Source of the DNA: Eledone cirrhosa
Taxonomy: Eukaryota
Assembly: GCA_964016885.1 (NCBI GenBank)
Contig: OZ024759.1
Coordinates: 2,356,001 to 2,420,000, forward strand
DNA: 64,000 nucleotides
Direction: 5' to 3'
The position numbers were made by a program, and so were the translations under genes. The stretch's first letter is position 1. Each line of letters begins with the position of its first letter. Positions 1-13,990 of this stretch are shown piece by piece. Below the pieces are notes generated by a model. The model was given only the letters and a program-made list of their open reading frames with translations. It had not been told where the DNA came from and did not search any database.

Positions 1-409
1 TCTATATTAGTAACATGACAGTCTATATTAGTAACATGACACAGTCTATATTAGTAACATGACACAGTCTATATTAGTAACATGACAAAGTCTATATTAG
101 TAACATGACAAAGTCTATATTAGTAACATGACACAGTCTATATTAGTAGCATGACAAAGTCTATATTAGTAACATGACACAGTCTATATTAGTAGCCTGA
201 CACAGTCTATATTAGTAACATGACAAAGTCTATATTAGTAACATGACAAAGTCTATATTAGTAACATGACAAAGTCTATATTAGTAACATGACAAAGTCT
301 ATATTAGTAGCATGACAAAGTCTATATTAGTAACATGACAAAGTCTATATTAGTAACATGGCAAAGTCTATATTAGTAACATGACAAAGTCTATATTAGT
401 AACATGACA

Positions 410-3400
410 CAGTCTATATTAGTAGCATGACAAAGTCTATATTAGTAACATGACAAAGTCTATATTAGTAGCATGACACAGTCTATATTAGTAACATGAC
501 AAAGTCTATATTAGTAACATGACAGTCTATATTAGTAACATGACACAGTCTATATTAGTAACATGACACAGTCTATATTAGTAACATGAGACAGTCTATA
601 TTACTAACATGACAAAGTCTATATTAGTAACATGACACAGTCTATATTAGTAACATCACACAGTCTATATTAGTAACATGACAAAGTCTATATTAGTAAC
701 ATGACACAGTCTATATTAGTAACATGACACAGTCTATATTAGTAGCATGACAAAGTCTATGTTAGTAACATGACACAGTCTATATTAGTAGCATCACACA
801 GTCTATATTAGTAACATGACAAAGTCTATATTAGTAACATGACAACGTCTATATTAGTAACATGACAAAGTCTATATTAGTAACATGACAAAGTCTATAT
901 TAGTAACATGACAGTGTATATTAGTAACATGACACAGTCTATATTAGTAACATGACACAGTCTATATTAGTAACATGACAAAGTCTATATTAGTAACATG
1001 ACAAAGTCTATATTAGTAACATGACACAGTCTATATTAGTAGCATGACAAAGTCTATATTAGTAACATGACACAGTCTATATTAGTAGCATGACACAGTC
1101 TATATTAGTAACATGACAAAGTCTATATTAGTAACATGACAAAGTCTATATTAGTAACATGACAAAGTCTATATTAGTAACATGACAAAGTCTATATTAG
1201 TAGTATGACAAAGTCTATATTAGTAACATGACAAAGTCTATATTAGTAACATGGCAAAGTCTATATTAGTAACATGACAAAGTCTATATTAGTAACATGA
1301 CAGTCTATATTAGTAACATGACACAGTCTATATTAGTAACATGACAAAGTCTATATTAGTAACATGGCAAAGTCTATATTATAACATGACAAAGTCTATA
1401 TTAGTAACATGACAAAGTCTATATTAGTAACATGACACAGTCTATATTAGTAACATGACAAAGTCTATATTAGTAACATGACAAAGTCTATATTAGTAAC
1501 ATGACAAAGTCTATATTAGTAACATGACAAAGTCTATATTAGTAGCATGACAAAGTCTATATTAGTAACATGACAAAGTCTATATTAGTAACATGACAAA
1601 GTCTATATTAGTAACATGACACAGTCTATATTAGTAACATGACAAAGTCTATATTAGTAGCATGACAAAGTCTATATTAGTAACATGACAAAGTCTATAT
1701 TAGTAACATGACAAATTCTATATTAGTAACATGACAAAGTCTATATTAGTAACATGACAAAGTCTATATTAGTAACATGACACAGTCTATATTAGTAACA
1801 TGACAGTCTATATCAGTAACATGACAGTCTACATTAGTAACATGACAAAGTCGATATTAGTAACATGACAATGTCTATATTAGTAACATGACAAAGTCTA
1901 TATTAGTAACATGACAAAGTCTATATTAGTAACATGACAAAGTCTATATTAGTAACATGACACAGTCTATATTAGTAACATGCCAAAGTCTATATTAGTA
2001 GCATGACAAAGTCTATATTAGTAACATGACAAAGTCTATATTAGTAACATGACAAAGTCTATATTAGTAACATGACAAAGTCTATATTAGTAACATGACA
2101 CAGTCTATATTAGTAACATGACAGTCTATATTAGTAACATGACAGTCTACATTAGTAACATGACACAGTCTATATTAGTAACATGACAAAGTCGATATTA
2201 GTAACATGACAATGTCTATATTAGTAACATGACAAAGTCTATATTAGTAACATGACAAAGTCTATATTAGTAACATGACAAAGTCTATATTAGTAACATG
2301 ACAAAGTATATATTAGTAACATGACAAAGTCTATATTAGTAACATGACACAGTCTATATTAGTAACATGACAAAGTCTATATTAGTAGCATGACAAAGTC
2401 TGTATTAGTAACATGACAGTCTATATTAGTAACATGACAAAGTCTATATTAGTAACATGACAAAGTCTATATTAGTAGCATGACAAAGTCTATATTAGTA
2501 ACATGACAAAGTCTATATTAGTAACATGACAAAGTCTATATTAGTAACATGACACAGTCTATATTAGTAACATGACAAAGTCTATATTAGTAGCATGACA
2601 AAGTCTATATTAGTAACATGACAAAGTCTATATTAGTAACATGACAAAGTCTATATTAGTAACATGACAAAGTCTATATTAGTAACATGACACAGTCTAT
2701 ATTAGTAACATGACAAAGTCTATATTAGTAACATGACAAAGTCTATATTAGTAACATGACACAGTCTATATTAGTAACATGACAAAGTCTATATTAGTAG
2801 CATGACAAAGTCTGTATTAGTAACATGACAGTCTATATTAGTAACATGACAAAGTCTATATTAGTAGCATGACACAGTCTATATTAGTAACATGACACAG
2901 TCTATATTAGTAACATGACACAGTCTATATTAGTAACATGACACAGTCTATATTAGTAACATGACAAAGTCTATATTAGTAGCATGACAAAGTCTGTATT
3001 AGTAACATGACAGTCTATATTAGTAACATGACAAAGTCTATATTAGTAACATGACAAAGTCTATATTAGTAACATGACAAAGTCTATATTAGTAACATGA
3101 CAAAGTCTATATTAGTAGCATGACAAAGTCTATATTAGTAACATGACAAAGTCTATATTAGTAACATGACAAAGTCTATATTAGTAACATGACACAGTCT
3201 ATATTAGTAACATGACAAAGTCTATATTAGTAGCATGACAAAGTCTATATTAGTAACATGACAAAGTCTATATTAGTAACATGACAAAGTCTATATTAGT
3301 AACATGACAAAGTCTATATTAGTAACATGACAAAGTCTATATTAGTAACATGACACAGTCTATATTAGTAACATGACAGTCTATATCAGTAACATGACAG

Positions 3401-6400
3401 TCTACATTAGTAACATGACAAAGTCGATATTAGTAACATGACAATGTCTATATTAGTAACATGACAAAGTCTATATTAGTAACATGACAAAGTCTATATT
3501 AGTAACATGACAAAGTCTATATTAGTAACATGACACAGTCTATATTAGTAACATGCCAAAGTCTATATTAGTAGCATGACAAAGTCTATATTAGTAACAT
3601 GACAAAGTCTATATTAGTAACATGACAAAGTCTATATTAGTAACATGACAAAGTCTATATTAGTAACATGACACAGTCTATATTAGTAACATGACAGTCT
3701 ATATTAGTAACATGACAGTCTACATTAGTAACATGACACAGTCTATATTAGTAACATGACAAAGTCGATATTAGTAACATGACAATGTCTATATTAGTAA
3801 CATGACAAAGTCTATATTAGTAACATGACAAAGTCTATATTAGTAACATGACAAAGTCTATATTAGTAACATGACAAAGTATATATTAGTAACATGACAA
3901 AGTCTATATTAGTAACATGACACAGTCTATATTAGTAACATGACAAAGTCTATATTAGTAGCATGACAAAGTCTGTATTAGTAACATGACAGTCTATATT
4001 AGTAACATGACAAAGTCTATATTAGTAACATGACAAAGTCTATATTAGTAGCATGACAAAGTCTATATTAGTAACATGACAAAGTCTATATTAGTAACAT
4101 GACAAAGTCTATATTAGTAACATGACACAGTCTATATTAGTAACATGACAAAGTCTATATTAGTAGCATGACAAAGTCTATATTAGTAACATGACAAAGT
4201 CTATATTAGTAACATGACAAAGTCTATATTAGTAACATGACAAAGTCTATATTAGTAACATGACACAGTCTATATTAGTAACATGACAAAGTCTATATTA
4301 GTAACATGACAAAGTCTATATTAGTAACATGACACAGTCTATATTAGTAACATGACAAAGTCTATATTAGTAGCATGACAAAGTCTGTATTAGTAACATG
4401 ACAGTCTATATTAGTAACATGACAAAGTCTATATTAGTAGCATGACACAGTCTATATTAGTAACATGACACAGTCTATATTAGTAACATGACACAGTCTA
4501 TATTAGTAACATGACACAGTCTATATTAGTAACATGACAAAGTCTATATTAGTAGCATGACAAAGTCTGTATTAGTAACATGACAGTCTATATTAGTAAC
4601 ATGACAAAGTCTATATTAGTAGCATGACACAGTCTATATTAGTAACATGACACAGTCTATATTAGTAGCATGACAAAGTCTATATTAGTAACATGACACA
4701 GTCTATATTAGTAGCATGACACAGTCTATATTAGTAACATGACAAAGTCTATATTAGTAACATGACAAAGTCTATATTAGTAACATGACAAAGTCTATAT
4801 TAGTAACATGACAAAGTCTATATTAGTAGCATGACAAAGTCTATATTAGTAACATGACAAAGTCTATATTAGTAACATGGCAAAGTCTATATTAGTAACA
4901 TGACAAAGTCTATATTAGTAACATGACAGTCTATATTAGTAACATGACACAGTCTATATTAGTAACATGACAAAGTCTATATTAGTAACATGACAAAGTC
5001 TATATTAGTAACATGACAAAGTCTATATTAGTAACATGACAAAGTCTATATTAGTAGCATGACAAAGTCTATATTAGTAACATGACAAAGTCTATATTAG
5101 TAACATGACAAAGTCTATATTAGTAACATGACACAGTCTATATTAGTAACATGACAAAGTCTATATTAGTAGCATGACAAAGTCTATATTAGTAACATGA
5201 CAAAGTCTATATTAGTAACATGACAAAGTCTATGTTAGTAACATGACAAAGTCTATATTAGTAGCATGACAAAGTCTATATTAGTAACATGACAAAGTCT
5301 ATATTAGTAACATGACAAAGTCTATATTAGTAACATGACACAGTCTATATTAGTAACATGACAAAGTCTATATTAGTAGCATGACAAAGTCTATATTAGT
5401 AACATGACAAAGTCTATATTAGTAACATGACAAAGTCTATATTAGTAACATGACAAAGTCTATATTAGTAACATGACACAGTCTATATTAGTAACATGAC
5501 AAAGTCTATATTAGTAACATGACAAAGTCTATATTAGTAACATGACACAGTCTATATTAGTAACATGACAAAGTCTATATTAGTAGCATGACAAAGTCTG
5601 TATTAATAACATGACAGTCTATATTAGTAACATGACAAAGTCTATATTAGTAGCATGACACAGTCTATATTAGTAACATGACACAGTCTATATTAGTAAC
5701 ATGACACAGTCTATATTAGTAACATGACACAGTCTATATTAGTAACATGACGAAGTCTATATTAGTAGCATGACAAAGTCTGTATTAGTAACATGACAGT
5801 CTATATTAGTAACATGACAAAGTCTATATTAGTAACATGACAAAGTCTATATTAGTAACATGACAAAGTATATATTAGTAACATGACAAAGTCTATATTA
5901 GTAACATGACACAGTCTATATTAGTAACATGACAAAGTCTATATTAGTAGCATGACAAAGTCTGTATTAGTAACATGACAGTCTATATTAGTAACATGAC
6001 AAAGTCTATATTAGTAACATGACAAAGTCTATATTAGTAGCATGACAAAGTCTATATTAGTAACATGACAAAGTCTATATTAGTAACATGACAAAGTCTA
6101 TATTAGTAACATGACACAGTCTATATTAGTAGCATGACAAAGTCTATATTAGTAACATGACAAAGTCTATATTAGTAGCATGACACAGTCTATATTAGTA
6201 ACATGACAAAGTCTATATTAGTAACATGACAGTCTATATTAGTAACATGACACAGTCTATATTAGTAACATGACACAGTCTATATTAGTAACATGAGACA
6301 GTCTATATTACTAACATGACAAAGTCTATATTAGTAACATGACACAGTCTATATTAGTAACATCACACAGTCTATATTAGTAACATGACAAAGTCTATAT

Positions 6401-7980
6401 TAGTAACATGACACAGTCTATATTAGTAACATGACACAGTCTATATTAGTAGCATGACAAAGTCTATGTTAGTAACATGACACAGTCTATATTAGTAGCA
6501 TCACACAGTCTATATTAGTAACATGACAAAGTCTATATTAGTAACATGACAACGTCTATATTAGTAACATGACAAAGTCTATATTAGTAACATGACAAAG
6601 TCTATATTAGTAACATGACAGTCTATATTAGTAACATGACACAGTCTATATTAGTAACATGACACAGTCTATATTAGTAACATGACAAAGTCTATATTAG
6701 TAACATGACAAAGTCTATATTAGTAACATGACACAGTCTATATTAGTAGCATGACAAAGTCTATATTAGTAACATGACACAGTCTATATTAGTAGCATGA
6801 CACAGTCTATATTAGTAACATGACAAAGTCTATATTAGTAACATGACAAAGTCTATATTAGTAACATGACAAAGTCTATATTAGTAACATGACAAAGTCT
6901 ATATTAGTAGTATGACAAAGTCTATATTAGTAACATGACAAAGTCTATATTAGTAACATGGCAAAGTCTATATTAGTAACATGACAAAGTCTATATTAGT
7001 AACATGACAGTCTATATTAGTAACATGACACAGTCTATATTAGTAACATGACAAAGTCTATATTAGTAACATGGCAAAGTCTATATTATAACATGACAAA
7101 GTCTATATTAGTAACATGACAAAGTCTATATTAGTAACATGACACAGTCTATATTAGTAACATGACAAAGTCTATATTAGTAACATGACAAAGTCTATAT
7201 TAGTAACATGACAAAGTCTATATTAGTAACATGACAAAGTCTATATTAGTAGCATGACAAAGTCTATATTAGTAACATGACAAAGTCTATATTAGTAACA
7301 TGACAAAGTCTATATTAGTAACATGACACAGTCTATATTAGTAACATGACAAAGTCTATATTAGTAGCATGACAAAGTCTATATTAGTAACATGACAAAG
7401 TCTATATTAGTAACATGACAAATTCTATATTAGTAACATGACAAAGTCTATATTAGTAACATGACAAAGTCTATATTAGTAACATGACACAGTCTATATT
7501 AGTAACATGACAGTCTATATCAGTAACATGACAGTCTACATTAGTAACATGACAAAGTCGATATTAGTAACATGACAATGTCTATATTAGTAACATGACA
7601 AAGTCTATATTAGTAACATGACAAAGTCTATATTAGTAACATGACAAAGTCTATATTAGTAACATGACACAGTCTATATTAGTAACATGCCAAAGTCTAT
7701 ATTAGTAGCATGACAAAGTCTATATTAGTAACATGACAAAGTCTATATTAGTAACATGACAAAGTCTATATTAGTAACATGACAAAGTCTATATTAGTAA
7801 CATGACACAGTCTATATTAGTAACATGAGAGTCTATATTAGTAACATGACAGTCTACATTAGTAACATGACACAGTCTATATTAGTAACATGACAAAGTC
7901 GATATTAGTAACATGACAATGTCTATATTAGTAACATGACAAAGTCTATATTAGTAACATGACAAAGTCTATATTAGTAA
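410..7980. repeat. Higher-order duplication: ~410-2270 recurs at ~6120-7980, offset 5707 bp
   Basis: TTACTAAC (604/6311), the 1-bp-deletion monomer TATTATAAC (1381/7088) and TATATCAG (1814/7521) are all offset by exactly 5707. Confidence 0.85.
1720..4600. repeat. Higher-order duplication, offset 1573 bp (ends approximate)
   Basis: The rare variants TATATCAG (C at 1814 and 3387) and CATGCCAAA (1983 and 3556) recur 1573 bp apart, with following variants in the same order. Confidence 0.8.
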
Positions 7981-10900
7981 CATGACAAAGTCTATATTAG
8001 TAGCATGACAAAGTCTATATTAGTAACATGACAAAGTCTATATTAGTAACATGACAAAGTCTATATTAGTAACATGACAAAGTCTATATTAGTAACATGA
8101 CACAGTCTATATTAGTAACATGACAGTCTATATTAGTAACATGACAGTCTACATTAGTAACATGACACAGTCTATATTAGTAACATGACAAAGTCGATAT
8201 TAGTAACATGACAATGTCTATATTAGTAACATGACAAAGTCTATATTAGTAACATGACAAAGTCTATATTAGTAACATGACAAAGTCTATATTAGTAACA
8301 TGACAAAGTATATATTAGTAACATGACAAAGTCTATATTAGTAACATGACACAGTCTATATTAGTAACATGACAAAGTCTATATTAGTAGCATGACAAAG
8401 TCTGTATTAGTAACATGACAGTCTATATTAGTAACATGACAAAGTCTATATTAGTAACATGACAAAGTCTATATTAGTAGCATGACAAAGTCTATATTAG
8501 TAACATGACAAAGTCTATATTAGTAACATGACAAAGTCTATATTAGTAACATGACACAGTCTATATTAGTAACATGACAAAGTCTATATTAGTAGCATGA
8601 CAAAGTCTATATTAGTAACATGACAAAGTCTATATTAGTAACATGACAAAGTCTATATTAGTAACATGACAAAGTCTATATTAGTAACATGACACAGTCT
8701 ATATTAGTAACATGACAAAGTCTATATTAGTAACATGACAAAGTCTATATTAGTAACATGACACAGTCTATATTAGTAACATGACAAAGTCTATATTAGT
8801 AGCATGACAAAGTCTGTATTAGTAACATGACAGTCTATATTAGTAACATGACAAAGTCTATATTAGTAGCATGACACAGTCTATATTAGTAACATGACAC
8901 AGTCTATATTAGTAACATGACACAGTCTATATTAGTAACATGACACAGTCTATATTAGTAACATGACAAAGTCTATATTAGTAGCATGACAAAGTCTGTA
9001 TTAGTAACATGACAGTCTATATTAGTAACATGACAAAGTCTATATTAGTAGCATGACACAGTCTATATTAGTAACATGACACAGTCTATATTAGTAGCAT
9101 GACAAAGTCTATATTAGTAACATGACACAGTCTATATTAGTAGCATGACACAGTCTATATTAGTAACATGACAAAGTCTATATTAGTAACATGACAAAGT
9201 CTATATTAGTAACATGACAAAGTCTATATTAGTAACATGACAAAGTCTATATTAGTAGCATGACAAAGTCTATATTAGTAACATGACAAAGTCTATATTA
9301 GTAACATGGCAAAGTCTATATTAGTAACATGACAAAGTCTATATTAGTAACATGACAGTCTATATTAGTAACATGACACAGTCTATATTAGTAACATGAC
9401 AAAGTCTATATTAGTAACATGACAAAGTCTATATTAGTAACATGACAAAGTCTATATTAGTAACATGACAAAGTCTATATTAGTAGCATGACAAAGTCTA
9501 TATTAGTAACATGACAAAGTCTATATTAGTAACATGACAAAGTCTATATTAGTAACATGACACAGTCTATATTAGTAACATGACAAAGTCTATATTAGTA
9601 GCATGACAAAGTCTATATTAGTAACATGACAAAGTCTATATTAGTAACATGACAAAGTCTATGTTAGTAACATGACAAAGTCTATATTAGTAGCATGACA
9701 AAGTCTATATTAGTAACATGACAAAGTCTATATTAGTAACATGACAAAGTCTATATTAGTAACATGACACAGTCTATATTAGTAACATGACAAAGTCTAT
9801 ATTAGTAGCATGACAAAGTCTATATTAGTAACATGACAAAGTCTATATTAGTAACATGACAAAGTCTATATTAGTAACATGACAAAGTCTATATTAGTAA
9901 CATGACACAGTCTATATTAGTAACATGACAAAGTCTATATTAGTAACATGACAAAGTCTATATTAGTAACATGACACAGTCTATATTAGTAACATGACAA
10001 AGTCTATATTAGTAGCATGACAAAGTCTGTATTAATAACATGACAGTCTATATTAGTAACATGACAAAGTCTATATTAGTAGCATGACACAGTCTATATT
10101 AGTAACATGACACAGTCTATATTAGTAACATGACACAGTCTATATTAGTAACATGACACAGTCTATATTAGTAACATGACGAAGTCTATATTAGTAGCAT
10201 GACAAAGTCTGTATTAGTAACATGACAGTCTATATTAGTAACATGACAAAGTCTATATTAGTAACATGACAAAGTCTATATTAGTAACATGACAAAGTAT
10301 ATATTAGTAACATGACAAAGTCTATATTAGTAACATGACACAGTCTATATTAGTAACATGACAAAGTCTATATTAGTAGCATGACAAAGTCTGTATTAGT
10401 AACATGACAGTCTATATTAGTAACATGACAAAGTCTATATTAGTAACATGACAAAGTCTATATTAGTAGCATGACAAAGTCTATATTAGTAACATGACAA
10501 AGTCTATATTAGTAACATGACAAAGTCTATATTAGTAACATGACACAGTCTATATTAGTAGCATGACAAAGTCTATATTAGTAACATGACAAAGTCTATA
10601 TTAGTAGCATGACACAGTCTATATTAGTAACATGACAAAGTCTATATTAGTAACATGACAGTCTATATTAGTAACATGACACAGTCTATATTAGTAACAT
10701 GACACAGTCTATATTAGTAACATGAGACAGTCTATATTACTAACATGACAAAGTCTATATTAGTAACATGACACAGTCTATATTAGTAACATCACACAGT
10801 CTATATTAGTAACATGACAAAGTCTATATTAGTAACATGACACAGTCTATATTAGTAACATGACACAGTCTATATTAGTAGCATGACAAAGTCTATGTTA

Positions 10901-13900
10901 GTAACATGACACAGTCTATATTAGTAGCATCACACAGTCTATATTAGTAACATGACAAAGTCTATATTAGTAACATGACAACGTCTATATTAGTAACATG
11001 ACAAAGTCTATATTAGTAACATGACAAAGTCTATATTAGTAACATGACAGTCTATATTAGTAACATGACACAGTCTATATTAGTAACATGACACAGTCTA
11101 TATTAGTAACATGACAAAGTCTATATTAGTAACATGACAAAGTCTATATTAGTAACATGACACAGTCTATATTAGTAGCATGACAAAGTCTATATTAGTA
11201 ACATGACACAGTCTATATTAGTAGCATGACACAGTCTATATTAGTAACATGACAAAGTCTATATTAGTAACATGACAAAGTCTATATTAGTAACATGACA
11301 AAGTCTATATTAGTAACATGACAAAGTCTATATTAGTAGTATGACAAAGTCTATATTAGTAACATGACAAAGTCTATATTAGTAACATGGCAAAGTCTAT
11401 ATTAGTAACATGACAAAGTCTATATTAGTAACATGACAGTCTATATTAGTAACATGACACAGTCTATATTAGTAACATGACAAAGTCTATATTAGTAACA
11501 TGGCAAAGTCTATATTATAACATGACAAAGTCTATATTAGTAACATGACAAAGTCTATATTAGTAACATGACACAGTCTATATTAGTAACATGACAAAGT
11601 CTATATTAGTAACATGACAAAGTCTATATTAGTAACATGACAAAGTCTATATTAGTAACATGACAAAGTCTATATTAGTAGCATGACAAAGTCTATATTA
11701 GTAACATGACAAAGTCTATATTAGTAACATGACAAAGTCTATATTAGTAACATGACACAGTCTATATTAGTAACATGACAAATTCTATATTAGTAACATG
11801 ACAAAGTCTATATTAGTAACATGACAAAGTCTATATTAGTAACATGACACAGTCTATATTAGTAACATGACAGTCTATATCAGTAACATGACAGTCTACA
11901 TTAGTAACATGACAAAGTCGATATTAGTAACATGACAATGTCTATATTAGTAACATGACAAAGTCTATATTAGTAACATGACAAAGTCTATATTAGTAAC
12001 ATGACAAAGTCTATATTAGTAACATGACACAGTCTATATTAGTAACATGCCAAAGTCTATATTAGTAGCATGACAAAGTCTATATTAGTAACATGACAAA
12101 GTCTATATTAGTAACATGACAAAGTCTATATTAGTAACATGACAAAGTCTATATTAGTAACATGACACAGTCTATATTAGTAACATGACAGTCTATATTA
12201 GTAACATGACAGTCTACATTAGTAACATGACACAGTCTATATTAGTAACATGACAAAGTCGATATTAGTAACATGACAATGTCTATATTAGTAACATGAC
12301 AAAGTCTATATTAGTAACATGACAAAGTCTATATTAGTAACATGACAAAGTCTATATTAGTAACATGACAAAGTATATATTAGTAACATGACAAAGTCTA
12401 TATTAGTAACATGACACAGTCTATATTAGTAACATGACAAAGTCTATATTAGTAGCATGACAAAGTCTGTATTAGTAACATGACAGTCTATATTAGTAAC
12501 ATGACAAAGTCTATATTAGTAACATGACAAAGTCTATATTAGTAGCATGACAAAGTCTATATTAGTAACATGACAAAGTCTATATTAGTAACATGACAAA
12601 GTCTATATTAGTAACATGACACAGTCTATATTAGTAACATGACAAAGTCTATATTAGTAGCATGACAAAGTCTATATTAGTAACATGACAAAGTCTATAT
12701 TAGTAACATGACAAAGTCTATATTAGTAACATGACAAAGTCTATATTAGTAACATGACACAGTCTATATTAGTAACATGACAAAGTCTATATTAGTAACA
12801 TGACAAAGTCTATATTAGTAACATGACACAGTCTATATTAGTAACATGACAAAGTCTATATTAGTAGCATGACAAAGTCTGTATTAGTAACATGACAGTC
12901 TATATTAGTAACATGACAAAGTCTATATTAGTAGCATGACACAGTCTATATTAGTAACATGACACAGTCTATATTAGTAACATGACACAGTCTATATTAG
13001 TAACATGACACAGTCTATATTAGTAACATGACAAAGTCTATATTAGTAGCATGACAAAGTCTGTATTAGTAACATGACAGTCTATATTAGTAACATGACA
13101 AAGTCTATATTAGTAGCATGACACAGTCTATATTAGTAACATGACACAGTCTATATTAGTAGCATGACAAAGTCTATATTAGTAACATGACACAGTCTAT
13201 ATTAGTAGCATGACACAGTCTATATTAGTAACATGACAAAGTCTATATTAGTAACATGACAAAGTCTATATTAGTAACATGACAAAGTCTATATTAGTAA
13301 CATGACAAAGTCTATATTAGTAGCATGACAAAGTCTATATTAGTAACATGACAAAGTCTATATTAGTAACATGGCAAAGTCTATATTAGTAACATGACAA
13401 AGTCTATATTAGTAACATGACAGTCTATATTAGTAACATGACACAGTCTATATTAGTAACATGACAAAGTCTATATTAGTAACATGACAAAGTCTATATT
13501 AGTAACATGACAAAGTCTATATTAGTAACATGACAAAGTCTATATTAGTAGCATGACAAAGTCTATATTAGTAACATGACAAAGTCTATATTAGTAACAT
13601 GACAAAGTCTATATTAGTAACATGACACAGTCTATATTAGTAACATGACAAAGTCTATATTAGTAGCATGACAAAGTCTATATTAGTAACATGACAAAGT
13701 CTATATTAGTAACATGACAAAGTCTATGTTAGTAACATGACAAAGTCTATATTAGTAGCATGACAAAGTCTATATTAGTAACATGACAAAGTCTATATTA
13801 GTAACATGACAAAGTCTATATTAGTAACATGACACAGTCTATATTAGTAACATGACAAAGTCTATATTAGTAGCATGACAAAGTCTATATTAGTAACATG

Positions 13901-13990
13901 ACAAAGTCTATATTAGTAACATGACAAAGTCTATATTAGTAACATGACAAAGTCTATATTAGTAACATGACACAGTCTATATTAGTAACA
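3580..13990. repeat. ~4.1-4.4 kb higher-order repeat in 2-3 tandem copies (main offset 4429 bp)
   Basis: GACGAAG (5752/10181), TATTAATAAC (5606/10035), TTACTAAC (6311/10740) and TATTATAAC (7088/11517) are all offset by 4429. The offset falls to 4360 (loss of 3 monomers) for TATATCAG at 7521/11881. Confidence 0.85.

Noticed and set aside
603-609. Exact TACTAAC branch-point on the plus strand (also at ~6310, ~10739, ~58656)
   Set aside because: It is a single G-to-C variant of TAGTAAC propagated by duplication, with no splice-site or exon context.
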